A stretch of 64,000 nucleotides of DNA, taken from the NCBI GenBank assembly GCA_052279835.1, contig CP181291.1:4320001-4384000 (forward strand), in the 5' to 3' direction. The translations under genes were made by a program, and so were the position numbers. The DNA is from Microcoleus sp. (GTDB lineage Bacteria > Cyanobacteriota > Cyanobacteriia > Cyanobacteriales > Microcoleaceae). The stretch's first letter is position 1, and each line of letters starts with the position of its first letter. Positions 1 through 10,855 of this stretch are shown here, piece after piece. The notes beneath the pieces were generated by a model. The model was not told the origin of the DNA and made no database searches. It saw nothing but the letters and a program-made list of their open reading frames with translations.

Positions 1-37
1 ATGGAAATGTAATCCAGGCGATCGTCAGGGTATTCAT
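1..37 (-). CDS. 5' end of cation:proton antiporter subunit (MnhD-like), runs off the window
   Basis: ATG at 37 gives MNTLTIAWITFP..., directly downstream of the mnhC-like gene. Confidence 0.55.
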   Translation of the reverse strand, partial: MNTLTIAWITFP

Positions 38-89
38 CAAAAAAGTTTCGGTAGTTTGGGAAACCCCATCTCTGCAAGAGCGGGGAGTA

Positions 90-425
90 TTAATTAGTGT
101 TATTCATCTCGATTTCATTACATTCCAATGTCGGATTATCCCGTGCCAGCTTCATCACCCCTACCAGCATTAAGGCTTGAATCGAAAAGCCGATCACGAT
201 CGCCGTTAAGATCACCGCCTGGGGAACCGGATCTGCGTAGGGGACATCTTTGCCTTTTGCAATAATTGGTGTCAGCCAGCCATCTCGCGCTGCTACTACC
301 ACATAATACGCGATCACCCCTGTACTCATGACATCCATGCAGACGATTTTCATGAGCAGGTTTTTTTTCAAAATGATACCAAAAAATCCGCAAAAAACTG
401 TTGCCAATACCAATGCTTCTAACAT
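90..425 (-). CDS. mnhC: Multisubunit Na+/H+ antiporter subunit C (MnhC/MrpC)
   Basis: 111 aa hydrophobic protein with DPVPQAVILTAIVIG motif. Confidence 0.85.
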   Translation of the reverse strand: MLEALVLATVFCGFFGIILKKNLLMKIVCMDVMSTGVIAYYVVVAARDGWLTPIIAKGKDVPYADPVPQAVILTAIVIGFSIQALMLVGVMKLARDNPTLECNEIEMNNTN

Positions 426-614
426 GGAAATTGCCTGTTGGATAAAGAGTTTTTCTGATTATATTGGAACCAAAGTAGATTATTTCTAATTGCGTCCAGG
501 ATTTATCATAATTGGTATCATGTACCTAAAGCAAGAGATTTTTCGATCTCGACTCTGCATCGGCGGATCGATCGCGCTCGCAAGAGGGATTAAGCGGGTG
601 CAAATTCAATAAAT

Positions 615-1880
615 TCAATCATTCCGCAAAGCTGCGATCGGATCTAAGCGCGCCGCATTCCTCGCCGGAAGCACCCCAGCCAATAAGCCCACAGTAAAAG
701 ATAGCCCAAAGCCGGCCGCGATCGACCATACTGAAATCACAAACGGGAACTTAAACACTGTCGCCGCCCCAAAGGCGATCGCGATCCCCAACCCAATACC
801 CGCCGTACCCCCCACCGTCGAAACCAAAACCGATTCAGCCATGAATTGAATCAGAATAGCCGCATTAGTCGCACCTACAGCTTTCCGAATCCCAATTTCC
901 TTAGTCCGCTCCACCACAGACACCAACATAATATTAGCAATACCAATGCCGCCAACTACCAGAGAAATTCCGGCGATCGCCACCACCATCACCGTAAACA
1001 AACCTACCACATTGCTAAAAGTATTAACAATATCAACTTGATTAATCACTCGAAAATCATCCGGTTGCGGCGGATAAATATTATGACGTAAACGCAAGAT
1101 ATTTTCCACTTGAAATTGAGCATCGGCTAAATCCGACTCCCCGGTAGTTTGCAACCAAAAACCAGAAATAGCAATTCCCGATAAAGAATTTCTACCCACA
1201 ATCCGAGCCGACATATTTTTCAGGGGAACATACACGCGATCGTCCTGATCGGTACCCCCCACAGACCCCTTGGGTTCCATCACTCCAATCACCTTATAGC
1301 GGTTTCCCTGAATGCGAACATCAGCAGATAGCGCATTAGCCCCAACTCCAAAAAGGTCATCTCGCACCTTAGAACCGAGGACAACTACTGGCTCAGCAGC
1401 ATTCAATTCATCCTCATTAAAAAACCGTCCAGTTTGAGGTTGAATGTTCTTAACATCAGGATAATTCAAATCAGTTCCCAAAATAGCAGTAAACGAATTT
1501 TGCCCGCCATAAACAACTTGCACTTGGCGCTGCAAATAAGCGGAAATTGCCTTAACTGCCGGTGCTTGGAGGCCGATCGCCTTAGCGTCATCCCAAGTTA
1601 CAGTAGAAGCAGAACCGCTACCCTGACTGACACCACCCGATCGCGAAGCACCGGATAAAACCAATAAAACATTAGTACCCAAAGCCTTCAACTGTTCCTC
1701 TGTGGACTTTTGTACTCCCTGGCCCACGGAAGTAATCGCAATCACAGAAGATATGCCAATAATTACCCCAAGCATCGTCAAACTGGTGCGCAATTTATTA
1801 TTCCATAGCGCCTCAGTCGCCATGAATACAATTTGAATGTTGGAGATTTTGTTAATAACTGGCGGGGTTTTTAATTTCAT
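615..1880 (-). CDS. MacB/FtsX-like ABC transporter permease
   Basis: NKLRTSLTMLGVIIGI, GGIGIANIMLVSVVERTKEIGIRKAVGA, ARLDPIAALR. Confidence 0.9.
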   Translation of the reverse strand: MKLKTPPVINKISNIQIVFMATEALWNNKLRTSLTMLGVIIGISSVIAITSVGQGVQKSTEEQLKALGTNVLLVLSGASRSGGVSQGSGSASTVTWDDAKAIGLQAPAVKAISAYLQRQVQVVYGGQNSFTAILGTDLNYPDVKNIQPQTGRFFNEDELNAAEPVVVLGSKVRDDLFGVGANALSADVRIQGNRYKVIGVMEPKGSVGGTDQDDRVYVPLKNMSARIVGRNSLSGIAISGFWLQTTGESDLADAQFQVENILRLRHNIYPPQPDDFRVINQVDIVNTFSNVVGLFTVMVVAIAGISLVVGGIGIANIMLVSVVERTKEIGIRKAVGATNAAILIQFMAESVLVSTVGGTAGIGLGIAIAFGAATVFKFPFVISVWSIAAGFGLSFTVGLLAGVLPARNAARLDPIAALRND

Positions 1881-2011
1881 TGGGTAATGGGTAGTTGGCG
1901 AGGATTAAGATTTTTTTAACCGCAGAGGGCGCAGAGAACACAGAGGGAGAGAAGAAAGAGAATAGTAGTTCTGATACAGACAGATGTCAAAATCTGTATG
2001 ATGCTTTTCTA

Positions 2012-3832
2012 CTAACGCAAGCGAGTTCCACCCCCCGGTTGTAAACCTGGAATTCCCCCGGAAGATGGATTTTGAGATTTTTGCCGCAAGCCAGGGGGTA
2101 AACTAATAAAAACCTTTTCATTTCCCTGCAAGCCCGATCGCACTTCCGTCTTATCATCAACCGTCATCCCCGTCTTAATCGGCACAAACTTAGGCTTTCC
2201 AGCTTCACCACCGGCCACAAACACCCCCGTTTCCTTTTGTTGGCGGACAATGGCCGCAGTCGGGACAACCAAAACATCTTTCAATTCACCAGCTTTAAAC
2301 TCCACATTCACATTCATTCCCGATCGCAAAATTTTCTTTTCATCATCAACAATCGAAGCTTTCACCTCAAAACTGGTAACATTTTGCTGGACGATCGACT
2401 GAGGTGAAATTTGGCTAACTTTACCTGTAAAAGTCTGTCCGGGATAAGCATCAGCTTGAATAGATGCACTTTGGCCAATACGGATTTGAGCAATATTGCT
2501 TTCTGCCACATTAGCCACCACCTGATTTTTTGAAGCTAAGGACAAAATCGAAGAAGAAGTTGCTGAAGACACCGCACTACCTGCCGTTGTCGGGGTGACA
2601 AAAGCCCCCGGATCGGCATATTTCCGAGTCACAATACCGCTGAAAGGAGCGCGAATTTTCGTATCGTTAATCAGCGCTTGCACGGTTTGGAGACTGCCTT
2701 TGGCGGAGAGAACTTGGGCCCGCGCTTGGGCGATTTCTTCCGGGCGAGAACCGGCTTGAATTAGCGCCAAAGCTTGCTGTTTTTGCTCCAATGCTGCTTC
2801 AGCAGCGGCGATATCTTCCGGGCGCGCCCCCACTCGCACTCCAGCCAAAGCTTGCCGTTTTTGCTCGACAGCAGCCCGCGCCGCAGCAATCTCTTCCGGG
2901 CGAGCACCGGCTTGAATTAGGGCCAAAGCTTGCTGTTTTTGTTCAACGGCGGCCCGCGCTTGGGCAATCTCTTCCGGGCGCGAACCAGCTCGCAGCAAGG
3001 CTACAGCTTGTTGGGCTTGTCTGACTTGAGTTTGAGCTCGATCGCGCGCCGTGCGAGAAGTATTCACAATTTGGAGAGCAATCGCTCCTGATGTATAGAG
3101 TGCTTGATTTCTCTGAAAGTCTTCTTCTGCCTGGTTTTTGGCATATTCTGCATCCCTGAGTTTAGATTCTGCTTGGGCGATATCTTCGGGGCGATTACCC
3201 TTGAGCAATTTTTGGAGAGTTGCTTGTTGTTCGGCTAATTGCGCTTGGGCTACGGCAATATCCTGACTGCGACTACCGTTGAGTAATTTTTCAAGACTAG
3301 CTTGTTGTTCGGTTAGTTGGGCTTGGGCTACGGCAATATCCTGACTGCGACTACCGTTGAGCAATTTTTCAAGACTAGCTTGTTGTTCGGCTAATTGCGC
3401 CTTGGCGACGGCAATATCTTCGGCTCGATTACCATTGAGTAATTTTTGCAAGTTGGCTTCGGCTGAGGCTAGTTGTCCGCGATTTTGCGTAAGTTGCCCT
3501 TGGAGGTTGGAATCATCCATTTGCGCCAGAATTTGCCCTTTTTCAACGCTGTCTCCTTCTTTGACGAGCAAACTTTTGAGCACTCCTGATGTTTTGGGGC
3601 TGACATTAACGCTGCGTTCGGGTACTATTGTGCCGTTTGCTGAAATGGCGATGGGTAAATTCACTCTTTCTACAGCAACGGTTTTTTCCTTGCGCCTGCT
3701 TTCCCGGCTCGATTTGACTGTGAGTTGGGTGTAAGCTGTGTAGCCAACTCCTGCAAGCAATCCGGTGGCGAGGAACCCGATTAACCACGGAGTCAGCCCT
3801 TTTTTAATTTGAAAGTGCTTTATTAAGTACAT
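2012..3832 (-). CDS. Efflux periplasmic adaptor (HlyD/MacA family) with expanded coiled-coil repeats
   Basis: N-terminal TM, lipoyl-like motif VKEGDSVEKGQILA, IRAPFSGIV, repeated GSRxEDIA units; upstream of the MacB-like permease. Confidence 0.9.
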   Translation of the reverse strand: MYLIKHFQIKKGLTPWLIGFLATGLLAGVGYTAYTQLTVKSSRESRRKEKTVAVERVNLPIAISANGTIVPERSVNVSPKTSGVLKSLLVKEGDSVEKGQILAQMDDSNLQGQLTQNRGQLASAEANLQKLLNGNRAEDIAVAKAQLAEQQASLEKLLNGSRSQDIAVAQAQLTEQQASLEKLLNGSRSQDIAVAQAQLAEQQATLQKLLKGNRPEDIAQAESKLRDAEYAKNQAEEDFQRNQALYTSGAIALQIVNTSRTARDRAQTQVRQAQQAVALLRAGSRPEEIAQARAAVEQKQQALALIQAGARPEEIAAARAAVEQKRQALAGVRVGARPEDIAAAEAALEQKQQALALIQAGSRPEEIAQARAQVLSAKGSLQTVQALINDTKIRAPFSGIVTRKYADPGAFVTPTTAGSAVSSATSSSILSLASKNQVVANVAESNIAQIRIGQSASIQADAYPGQTFTGKVSQISPQSIVQQNVTSFEVKASIVDDEKKILRSGMNVNVEFKAGELKDVLVVPTAAIVRQQKETGVFVAGGEAGKPKFVPIKTGMTVDDKTEVRSGLQGNEKVFISLPPGLRQKSQNPSSGGIPGLQPGGGTRLR

Positions 3833-4045
3833 ATAAGTTAGACCGATCGGGCGTCTGTTTACTTTAGACCGATCGGGAACACAAAACGTTCAATTTAATT
3901 GATGATTTTTTTGGTTGAGCGATCGACCTCGCAGTAAATTTTCCGCAATATTACTTAATAAAACTCCCCATCTTCATCAAAAATTTATTTAAACAGGTAT
4001 TTTTCAGCAAAACTTTACAGATATGCTCTGAAAATACTGTTAGAG

Positions 4046-4342
4046 TTGCTACAAGTGGATGTCACCGTCACCAACAGTGACAATGAAACTCCGGGAATTA
4101 CAGTTAATCCGACGGCGGGGTTGACTACTGGTGAAGATGGCATCAAGGCAAATTTTGCTGTGGTTTTGAATACTAAACCAACGGCTAATGTGACTATCGG
4201 TTTGAATAGTTCTAATGTGGCGGAAGGAACTGTTTCGACTCCTAGTTTAACTTTCACTCCGGCTAACTAAGATACAGCGCAACCAGTGACAGTAACTGGG
4301 GTTAATGATAGCATCGCTGACGGGAATATTGACTACAAATGA
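4046..4342 (+). pseudogene. Remnant of a Calx-beta/cadherin-like surface-protein domain
   Basis: TPGITVNPTAGLTTGEDG...LTFTPAN*DTAQPVTVTGVND with an in-frame TAA where W is expected; no convincing start. Confidence 0.65.
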
Positions 4343-4343
4343 C

Positions 4344-5090
4344 TTAGAGAACAATACTACCATCAGGCATCATAGTTTTGGTCAAAATAGCTTCAGACAA
4401 ATTGGCTCCTTTCAAATTTGCTCCTCTCAGATTCGCCCCCGCCAAATTAGCTCCCCTCAAGTCAGCTTTGCCAAGGTTTGTCCACCGTAAATCAGCGCCT
4501 TTCAACAAGGCAAAACTCAGATTAGCCCTAAAAAGATAAGCTCCCGTTAAGTGAGCTTCCACGAGATTAGCTTTATAGAAATTAGCACTATAAAAATGCG
4601 CCTCAATCAACTCTGCTTGGGTGAGATTGGCTTGACTCAGATTAGCATTATTCAGGTTGGCTCCCGTCGCCTTAACTCCACACATCACCGTACCGATTAA
4701 GCTAGCATCTGCTAAATCGGTATTTTGGAGATTAGCAGCGCTCATATCTGCCCCGATTAAATTTGCCAGACTCAAATCGGCTCCTCTCAAGTCGGCTTCC
4801 TGGAGGTTGGTTCCAGTTAAATTAGCTTTGACTAAGTTAGTTTCCAGCAGTTGGGTACGCGCTAGATTTCCTAGACTGAGATTAGCTTCAGTGAGGTTGG
4901 CTGCAATCAATTTAGCTTTGAATAAGTCGATTTTAAACAGGTTAGATCGCCCAAGATGCGCGCCTCGCAGATTGGCTTCTGCCAGGTTGGCTTCACTCAG
5001 GTCAGGTTCGATATTTGGGTGAATATTTCTCCATTCAATCCAGGTTACAGCACCCAGTTTCAACAGTGCCAAATGCTCTTTATTTGCCAT
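4344..5090 (-). CDS. Pentapeptide repeat protein
   Basis: Tandem A(N/D)Lxx repeats; ends MPDGS. Confidence 0.9.
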   Translation of the reverse strand: MANKEHLALLKLGAVTWIEWRNIHPNIEPDLSEANLAEANLRGAHLGRSNLFKIDLFKAKLIAANLTEANLSLGNLARTQLLETNLVKANLTGTNLQEADLRGADLSLANLIGADMSAANLQNTDLADASLIGTVMCGVKATGANLNNANLSQANLTQAELIEAHFYSANFYKANLVEAHLTGAYLFRANLSFALLKGADLRWTNLGKADLRGANLAGANLRGANLKGANLSEAILTKTMMPDGSIVL

Positions 5091-5109
5091 AATTAATCTC
5101 CTTTAATGG

Positions 5110-5754
5110 CTATTCTTTTCGTCCAAAAATTGCTGGATTGTCCCGCCCGGCCACACCTTCAATTGCCGCAATTGCCGCCTGGGAACCTGCGATAATATCT
5201 CGTTCTGCTCCGCCTAGGTACAGCCGTCCAAAACTGCCTACAGCCTGAACTTCTAGAATATTAATAGATGCGCCTTTTTCGGCTTCATTTGCCGCTAGTG
5301 CAGCATAGGCTGCCGGTTCTACTTCTAAGACGTAAAGCGTTTGTCCCGCCAGCAGTAATTGTCCGCGGCGGGTGCGGTTAATTAATTGCGTTTGGTGGGC
5401 GTCGATGTTCCGAATAATTTGGCTGGAAATAACTCGCGGTTTGATACATTCTTCTCTGCGAACTCCGATGAATTCTAGAATCGCTTTCCCCGCAGCCCTG
5501 GTTTCCCCCTGCTGGCTTGAATGCACTTCCAGAAGGCCGTACAAGCGTTCGACTATCTGCACTCCAGGGCGCACAGAGGCAGATTTGAGGGCGACATCGG
5601 TAATTCGGTTAATTTCGATACCGGGCGAGATTTCTATCCACAGCGACGCATCGCCCGGTAGCGGCAAGAATCCGGCCGCGACAGTGCCTATGTATGCTGC
5701 GTGCTGTGGCTGTAGGTTGTCTAGAAAGACGTAGCTGCGTAGCTCTATGCCCAA
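5110..5754 (-). CDS. ccmP: Carboxysome shell tandem BMC-domain protein CcmP
   Basis: [21 protein letters not shown]..., [27 protein letters not shown]. Confidence 0.85.
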   Translation of the reverse strand: MGIELRSYVFLDNLQPQHAAYIGTVAAGFLPLPGDASLWIEISPGIEINRITDVALKSASVRPGVQIVERLYGLLEVHSSQQGETRAAGKAILEFIGVRREECIKPRVISSQIIRNIDAHQTQLINRTRRGQLLLAGQTLYVLEVEPAAYAALAANEAEKGASINILEVQAVGSFGRLYLGGAERDIIAGSQAAIAAIEGVAGRDNPAIFGRKE

Positions 5755-6029
5755 AAGTTTTTATCTCCGTCGATCGATCTGCAATTGTTTTCCTTGCAAT
5801 ATCTGAGTGTACCGCACGGTTGACTTGTTTTCTTCCTTGTCCCATCAGATGCCGCTACCCCTCTATCCCCTGTTGATGCTCTACACTAGGGCTCGATCGA
5901 GTGGGAAATTGACCTATAGTAATAGCTGGAATTTACCACAGTTTATGGCTACAGGTGGATTTTACTGGAGTTGGCTATCGATATAGTAGTGATAGTTAAA
6001 CATTTTGCCCACAAAGAGCATTTTTAGTT

Positions 6030-6332
6030 ATGAAACGTTCTGATTTATCTAAAGTTATTGGTGCAGGAATTATTGCTGCTGGTTTAGCCATTGTACCAGC
6101 TAACTTGCCTGCTGCTGCTCAGACGAATACAGCTCCTGGTACTAATAGCACTACAACTACCACAAGTCCTCGATCCGATGTTTACCGTACAGAGTCCGAT
6201 CGCGATTTTGACTGGGGATGGTTGGGATTGCTCGGTTTGTCTGGTTTGTTCGGTTTGATGCCCCGCAAGGAAAGAGAAACTGTCAACTACACTACTACCG
6301 ATCGCGACCCCTCTGTTCGCACTGAATACTAA
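6030..6332 (+). CDS. WGxxGxxG family small membrane/secreted protein
   Basis: Signal-like N-terminus, DFDWGWLGLLGLSGLFGL. Confidence 0.85.
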   Translation: MKRSDLSKVIGAGIIAAGLAIVPANLPAAAQTNTAPGTNSTTTTTSPRSDVYRTESDRDFDWGWLGLLGLSGLFGLMPRKERETVNYTTTDRDPSVRTEY

Positions 6333-6411
6333 TGCTACTTTAGTATGTTGGCTGTGAGCGTTATACAGGGACAGGGTTTTTTCACCTGTGCGATCGTAAA
6401 TAGGAATTCTT

Positions 6412-6441
6412 AGACCTCCATCTTTGGGGGTCTTTTGTTTT
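6412..6441 (+). terminator. Probable intrinsic terminator
   Basis: AGACCTCCA-TCTT-TGGGGGTCT stem followed by a T-rich tract, between convergent genes. Confidence 0.6.
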
Positions 6442-6451
6442 AGGGATGAGG

Positions 6452-7057
6452 TTAAGGAATCAATTCACCGTCACACAAAGATAAAATAGTATTCAGAAAA
6501 GCTTTTAATTCAGGACAAACTTTAGCAGCATCCTCAAGATTTTGTCCCTCTAATATTTTTTTGGCATCCCGTGCTTTATCATAGCTGCGACGTTTCCCCT
6601 GTTCAAATATGTCTTTAATTCTATAAGAAGGTGGATTATTGTGATTAACCAGTTCAGGATCGCCGCTAGGAACCGCTCTATTTCCTCCTGATATTTGCTG
6701 AATTTTTGACCAAAAAGGTAACAACCAAGCTTAAAAGTCATGGGAAGCTGCATGAGGATAAAAATTGGGATTTTTCCCCACCCATGCTGCCATTTTAGCC
6801 TTAGCATCGGCTGCATCTATAAAATCTTTAGTGCCTGTATAAACATCAGTTAGTGCTATCACAGCATTATGGGCATCTCTTCCACTCAATAAATTTTCCA
6901 CAACGCGCCTGAGTTTTTCTTCTTTGTGAATGCGACCTTCACAAGATATAAACTTTAATTTTGGCATCTGCTGTCCCAGGCGTAACTTAAGAAACTCTGG
7001 CAACTTGGACTTAAATGCCATTTCCGTTGCTCCTTCAACCAAAATAGCAATTTTCAC
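6452..7057 (-). pseudogene. DUF4276-family protein interrupted by an in-frame TAA (6731-6733)
   Basis: GTG start overlaps the ATPase stop; VKIAILVEGATE...HDF*AWLLPFW; both ORF halves are in the same frame. Confidence 0.7.
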
Positions 7058-8208
7058 GGTCGGCCTCCAATGATGTTCATTGCCCAAAGCTGATCCAAGC
7101 TATAATCTTCTAACCAGTGTTCTAAGTCTATAGAGTCAGCCCAAGTTAGAGTCGCCAAACCATCTTCAGAATCACAAACTAGCACCTCATGAGGTTGTAA
7201 AAATCGGATTAGGCGATCGGAATGAGTTGCGACAATTAATTGAGTTCTTTGAGAAGCTTCTCTCATTGCATGAGCTAGTAGTTGTAACAACTCTGGATGT
7301 AAACTAACTTCCGGCTCATCAATCAGCGTGATAGCAGTCAAATCTCGACTTTGTAGTAGAGTTATTAACCACAGAAACCGCAGTGTTCCTTCGGAGAGTT
7401 GGTGCATATAAAAAGGATAAGAAAAATTTCTATCCTTCCAAGTCATAGCCAAAGTTCCTGCCGCTACTGGCGGAAAACTCAACCTTTCAAAATCAGGAAA
7501 AGCCGCAGCAAGCGTATCTTCGATAATTTCAAATCGATTTCGATCTGTTTCTCGCCGATAATAGAGGCATGAAACTAAATCTTCTCCCTTACTACCGGGC
7601 AAAGTTGCAGGCTGCATCGATTGAGGTAAACGGATGGGACTTTGAGGCGATAAATTTAATTCCCATGCTTTATAGAAACTACATGAAGCTAAATTTTGCC
7701 TCAAGGTTTCCGGTTCCCGATACATCTTAGGAACTTGGGCCAGGGATGTTTCGTAAGGAGTGTGTTGCCAGTTTGGGCGTAGTAGCTTTTCATCTTCTGG
7801 ACTAAAATATCTGACATCTAAACCGCGAGATTCAATATACTTAAAAGGTTGAACAGCATCGGGATTGCGCTGTTGAATGAGGGTTTCTAAACCCATTTCA
7901 TAGAACTGACCTTTGGTTGCGATTTTTAGAGAATAGTTGAGGGGTTCCTGATTCTCTATAGGCATCGATAAGGAGATTGAGACGCTATCAGCCCGGTTTA
8001 ATGTTACAATCTGACTTAGACCGCCTAACTCGGAAATTTTTGACTGTAACTGACCCTTGGCTGATGCTGCTAGAAGTGAGAATATTTCTAAAAAAGAACT
8101 TTTCCCAACACCGTTAGCACCAATCATCACTGTCAGAGGTCGCATTTCCACCTCTGCCGAAAACAAACGGCGAAACCCATCGATCTTTAGACGCTCAAAT
8201 GTGTTCAT
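7054..8208 (-). CDS. AAA/ABC-type ATPase (AAA_21-like)
   Basis: Walker A GANGVGKS, signature LSEGTLRF, Walker B LIDEPE, ATHS. Confidence 0.9.
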   Translation of the reverse strand: MNTFERLKIDGFRRLFSAEVEMRPLTVMIGANGVGKSSFLEIFSLLAASAKGQLQSKISELGGLSQIVTLNRADSVSISLSMPIENQEPLNYSLKIATKGQFYEMGLETLIQQRNPDAVQPFKYIESRGLDVRYFSPEDEKLLRPNWQHTPYETSLAQVPKMYREPETLRQNLASCSFYKAWELNLSPQSPIRLPQSMQPATLPGSKGEDLVSCLYYRRETDRNRFEIIEDTLAAAFPDFERLSFPPVAAGTLAMTWKDRNFSYPFYMHQLSEGTLRFLWLITLLQSRDLTAITLIDEPEVSLHPELLQLLAHAMREASQRTQLIVATHSDRLIRFLQPHEVLVCDSEDGLATLTWADSIDLEHWLEDYSLDQLWAMNIIGGRP

Positions 8209-8346
8209 ATTTTTGGTACTTGAGCTTGTAGAATCTTAATATGCACAAGTTTACTCCGCCCCAACGCTTTTTTCCATAATGTCTACAAATTGCGATAGTC
8301 ACTAGGTAATTAAGAATTAATTATTAAAAATCACCAAGTGTTCAAG

Positions 8347-8469
8347 GGGAGCATCCCGATTTGCTATAGGCTATAGCATGACCGCAGAAAATTTATTACT
8401 GATAACCAGAGATTTACAGCCCTCATGCTTCGCCCCTACGAATATATTTGCACTCATTGAGATGCACCC
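8347..8469. mobile_element. MITE/REP-like element, copy 1 (second copy at about 45388-45508)
   Basis: Ends GGGAGCATCCC / GAGATGCACCC; flanks TGTTCAAG / TGCTCAAG look like an 8-bp target duplication; internal GCCCCTAC. Confidence 0.6.
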
Positions 8470-8525
8470 TGCTCAAGTCTGTGTCAAAATGATTTTACTA
8501 AATTTTGTAAGTTGGAAAACTAACG

Positions 8526-9281
8526 ATGACTGTAAATCCTAAATTGCAGCGCGCATTTGACCAAGGCCGCGCCCTGAAAATTATCAGCGGTTTGAATAAT
8601 TTTGATGCTGCCAGAGTTGCCGCTGTTGTCAAAGCAGCGGATCTCGGCGGTGCGACGTTTGTTGATATTGCAGCCGATCGCGATTTGGTAATCATGGCAA
8701 AAACATTGACAAATTTGCCAATTTGTGTATCTGCCGTGGAACCCGAAAAGTTTGTCTCTGCGGTAGAAGCCGGTGCAGATTTGATTGAAATTGGTAACTT
8801 TGACTCTTTCTACGCTTCAGGTCGCCGCTTTGAAGCTGAAGAAGTTTTGGAGTTGACTCGCCAAACTCGATCGCTACTTCCCAACATCACCCTTTCTGTA
8901 ACTGTTCCCCATATTTTGACCTTAGACCAACAGGTGCAATTAGCCACAGAATTAGTCAAAGCTGGCGCAGACATCATCCAAACAGAAGGCGGTACCAGTG
9001 CTCAACCAGTGCACGCCGGCACTTTGGGATTGATTGAAAAAGCAGCGCCTACTTTGGCCGCCGCCTTTGAAATTTCCCGCGCCGTATCGGTTCCCGTACT
9101 TTGCGCTTCTGGCATCTCCAATGTCACAGCACCGCTGGCTATTGGCGCCGGTGCAGCGGGTATTGGTGTCGGTTCTGCCGTTAGTCAACTTAATAGCGAA
9201 GTGGCAATGATTGCAGTAGTTCGCAGTTTGGTTGAAGCTTTAGCCAAGGTAGAGCGATCGCACTTAGCTACTTCCATTTAA
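8526..9281 (+). CDS. DUF561 (Ycf23-like) protein
   Basis: ALKIISGLNNFD, EIGNFDSFY, IIQTEGGTS. Confidence 0.85.
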   Translation: MTVNPKLQRAFDQGRALKIISGLNNFDAARVAAVVKAADLGGATFVDIAADRDLVIMAKTLTNLPICVSAVEPEKFVSAVEAGADLIEIGNFDSFYASGRRFEAEEVLELTRQTRSLLPNITLSVTVPHILTLDQQVQLATELVKAGADIIQTEGGTSAQPVHAGTLGLIEKAAPTLAAAFEISRAVSVPVLCASGISNVTAPLAIGAGAAGIGVGSAVSQLNSEVAMIAVVRSLVEALAKVERSHLATSI

Positions 9282-9351
9282 ACAGCTTCCAACTGATATC
9301 TTTTAGTCGTTACCAGGCTCTTCCTGGTAACGCAGATGCTTTGGAGCTGCC

Positions 9352-9996
9352 TCAATGATTGATAAACCACAGTGAATAATCATCCAAAAAAACCTTATTT
9401 GGGGAGTTTTCATCACTGGTTTTTAAATTTACTAAAGGCAACACAAATTCTCGGTTATCGCTGACACGCTTTACCTCTACAAGGATGCCATTTTTCTGAT
9501 AAACAGTATCCTTAAACTGTTTGATTTCAAAGATGTCTGTGTAAGAAGATTTAGTTTTTGTTGTTTTTTTATATTCTTTTTTGTTGCCCGACTCACTACC
9601 CAAATCTTCTTCCCAAATAAACAATTCTCTGCCTGTGACATGACAAGGTAATTGCAAATTATTTTTGAGGTATGTTAAATAGGTAAGGAGATTTTTAATC
9701 CCAACTTCAATACTTTGAGAATTCAATATTTGAGCAATTCTCTGCTCGAATTGTTTGATATCGAACAGGGTAATTCCATCTATACCTGTGACCATTGCGT
9801 GTTTAATCAAGTTAAGTTCAGGTATTCCCATCAATAGACGCTGAAGGCTATTTAGTGGTTTCTGCTTTCTACCTGCTACAATAGTTTCATCAAGCTGAAT
9901 CGGAGGAAGCTCTGCTTCGGAAGCTAGGGATTTGCTCTGGTTTGGACTATCGTCAAATTTAGGCTTTTTAAATCTAGGCTTGTCAAAGTTAGACAT
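9352..9996 (-). CDS. Hypothetical protein; C-terminus resembles the CcbP-like calcium-binding family
   Basis: LPCHVTGRELFIWEE...FVLPL...LDDYSLWF; likely start MSNFDK at 9996. Confidence 0.5.
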   Translation of the reverse strand: MSNFDKPRFKKPKFDDSPNQSKSLASEAELPPIQLDETIVAGRKQKPLNSLQRLLMGIPELNLIKHAMVTGIDGITLFDIKQFEQRIAQILNSQSIEVGIKNLLTYLTYLKNNLQLPCHVTGRELFIWEEDLGSESGNKKEYKKTTKTKSSYTDIFEIKQFKDTVYQKNGILVEVKRVSDNREFVLPLVNLKTSDENSPNKVFLDDYSLWFINH

Positions 9997-10080
9997 AACT
10001 GGAGCTCGTTGTACTGGTTTATGAATAAAGTATATCTTGACAGAAGTACATTCGTCTGTAATACATAGGAGGAAGCTGCG

Positions 10081-10728
10081 ATGCAACTACTAAAATCCCC
10101 TGAAGAATCGGCAGTCTATCAAGGGCAATTTGGCGAGTTTACGATTACTCAAAGCGATCGCACGGGTGTGATAATTTACCGTGCAGCGTTAGGGGTAGCT
10201 GCCACTTGTTGGGCGATCGGCACTACCCTCGTACTGCAACAGGGTGACAACCCAACCGTCATCCAAGCAATAACGCCGATTTTTGCTGGTTTCTGGATAG
10301 CTTTAGGCGTTAGTTTGGCAACTATTCATATTTACATGATTGCCTTACACCGACTGTTACAAATATTTTGGGCGATCGGCGGCGCTGCCGCACTTTTTGT
10401 CGCCATACAAAGCACAGAACCCCTAGCTTTAGCAGTTTACGAACATCCAGCAACTTTGTGGGGAATTGGTTTTATTTTTGCTGCCTTAAATGGCATCTAT
10501 TTCAAAGAAGCTTTCTGTTTCAATCGCTTAGAAACTAAGTTTTTGACTCCCGGAGTTCCGTTCTTAATTATCGGACATCTTTTCGGTTTTCTTTCAGGGG
10601 AAAACGAACAATTATTACTCGCTGTTTGGGCAGTTTTGTTTATCATATTTGCCGTCCGTAAGTTTTTTCAAGCTATCCCGCAAGATATTGGTGACAAAAG
10701 CGTGTTTGATTACCTCAAAAATCAATAA
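10081..10728 (+). CDS. DUF2301 membrane protein
   Basis: YQGQFGEFTIT, FKEAFCFNRLE, DIGDKSVF. Confidence 0.85.
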   Translation: MQLLKSPEESAVYQGQFGEFTITQSDRTGVIIYRAALGVAATCWAIGTTLVLQQGDNPTVIQAITPIFAGFWIALGVSLATIHIYMIALHRLLQIFWAIGGAAALFVAIQSTEPLALAVYEHPATLWGIGFIFAALNGIYFKEAFCFNRLETKFLTPGVPFLIIGHLFGFLSGENEQLLLAVWAVLFIIFAVRKFFQAIPQDIGDKSVFDYLKNQ

Positions 10729-10855
10729 TTATTGCAGCATAATCCTATATACACCCAAACCAAATAAGCCTGGTTTTTTGCAGCTTTTGGGTGTTTGAAT
10801 AAAGTATTATGCCAAAAACCTGGTTCTGACAACCTGTGGCTAAGTCCTAAATAAT

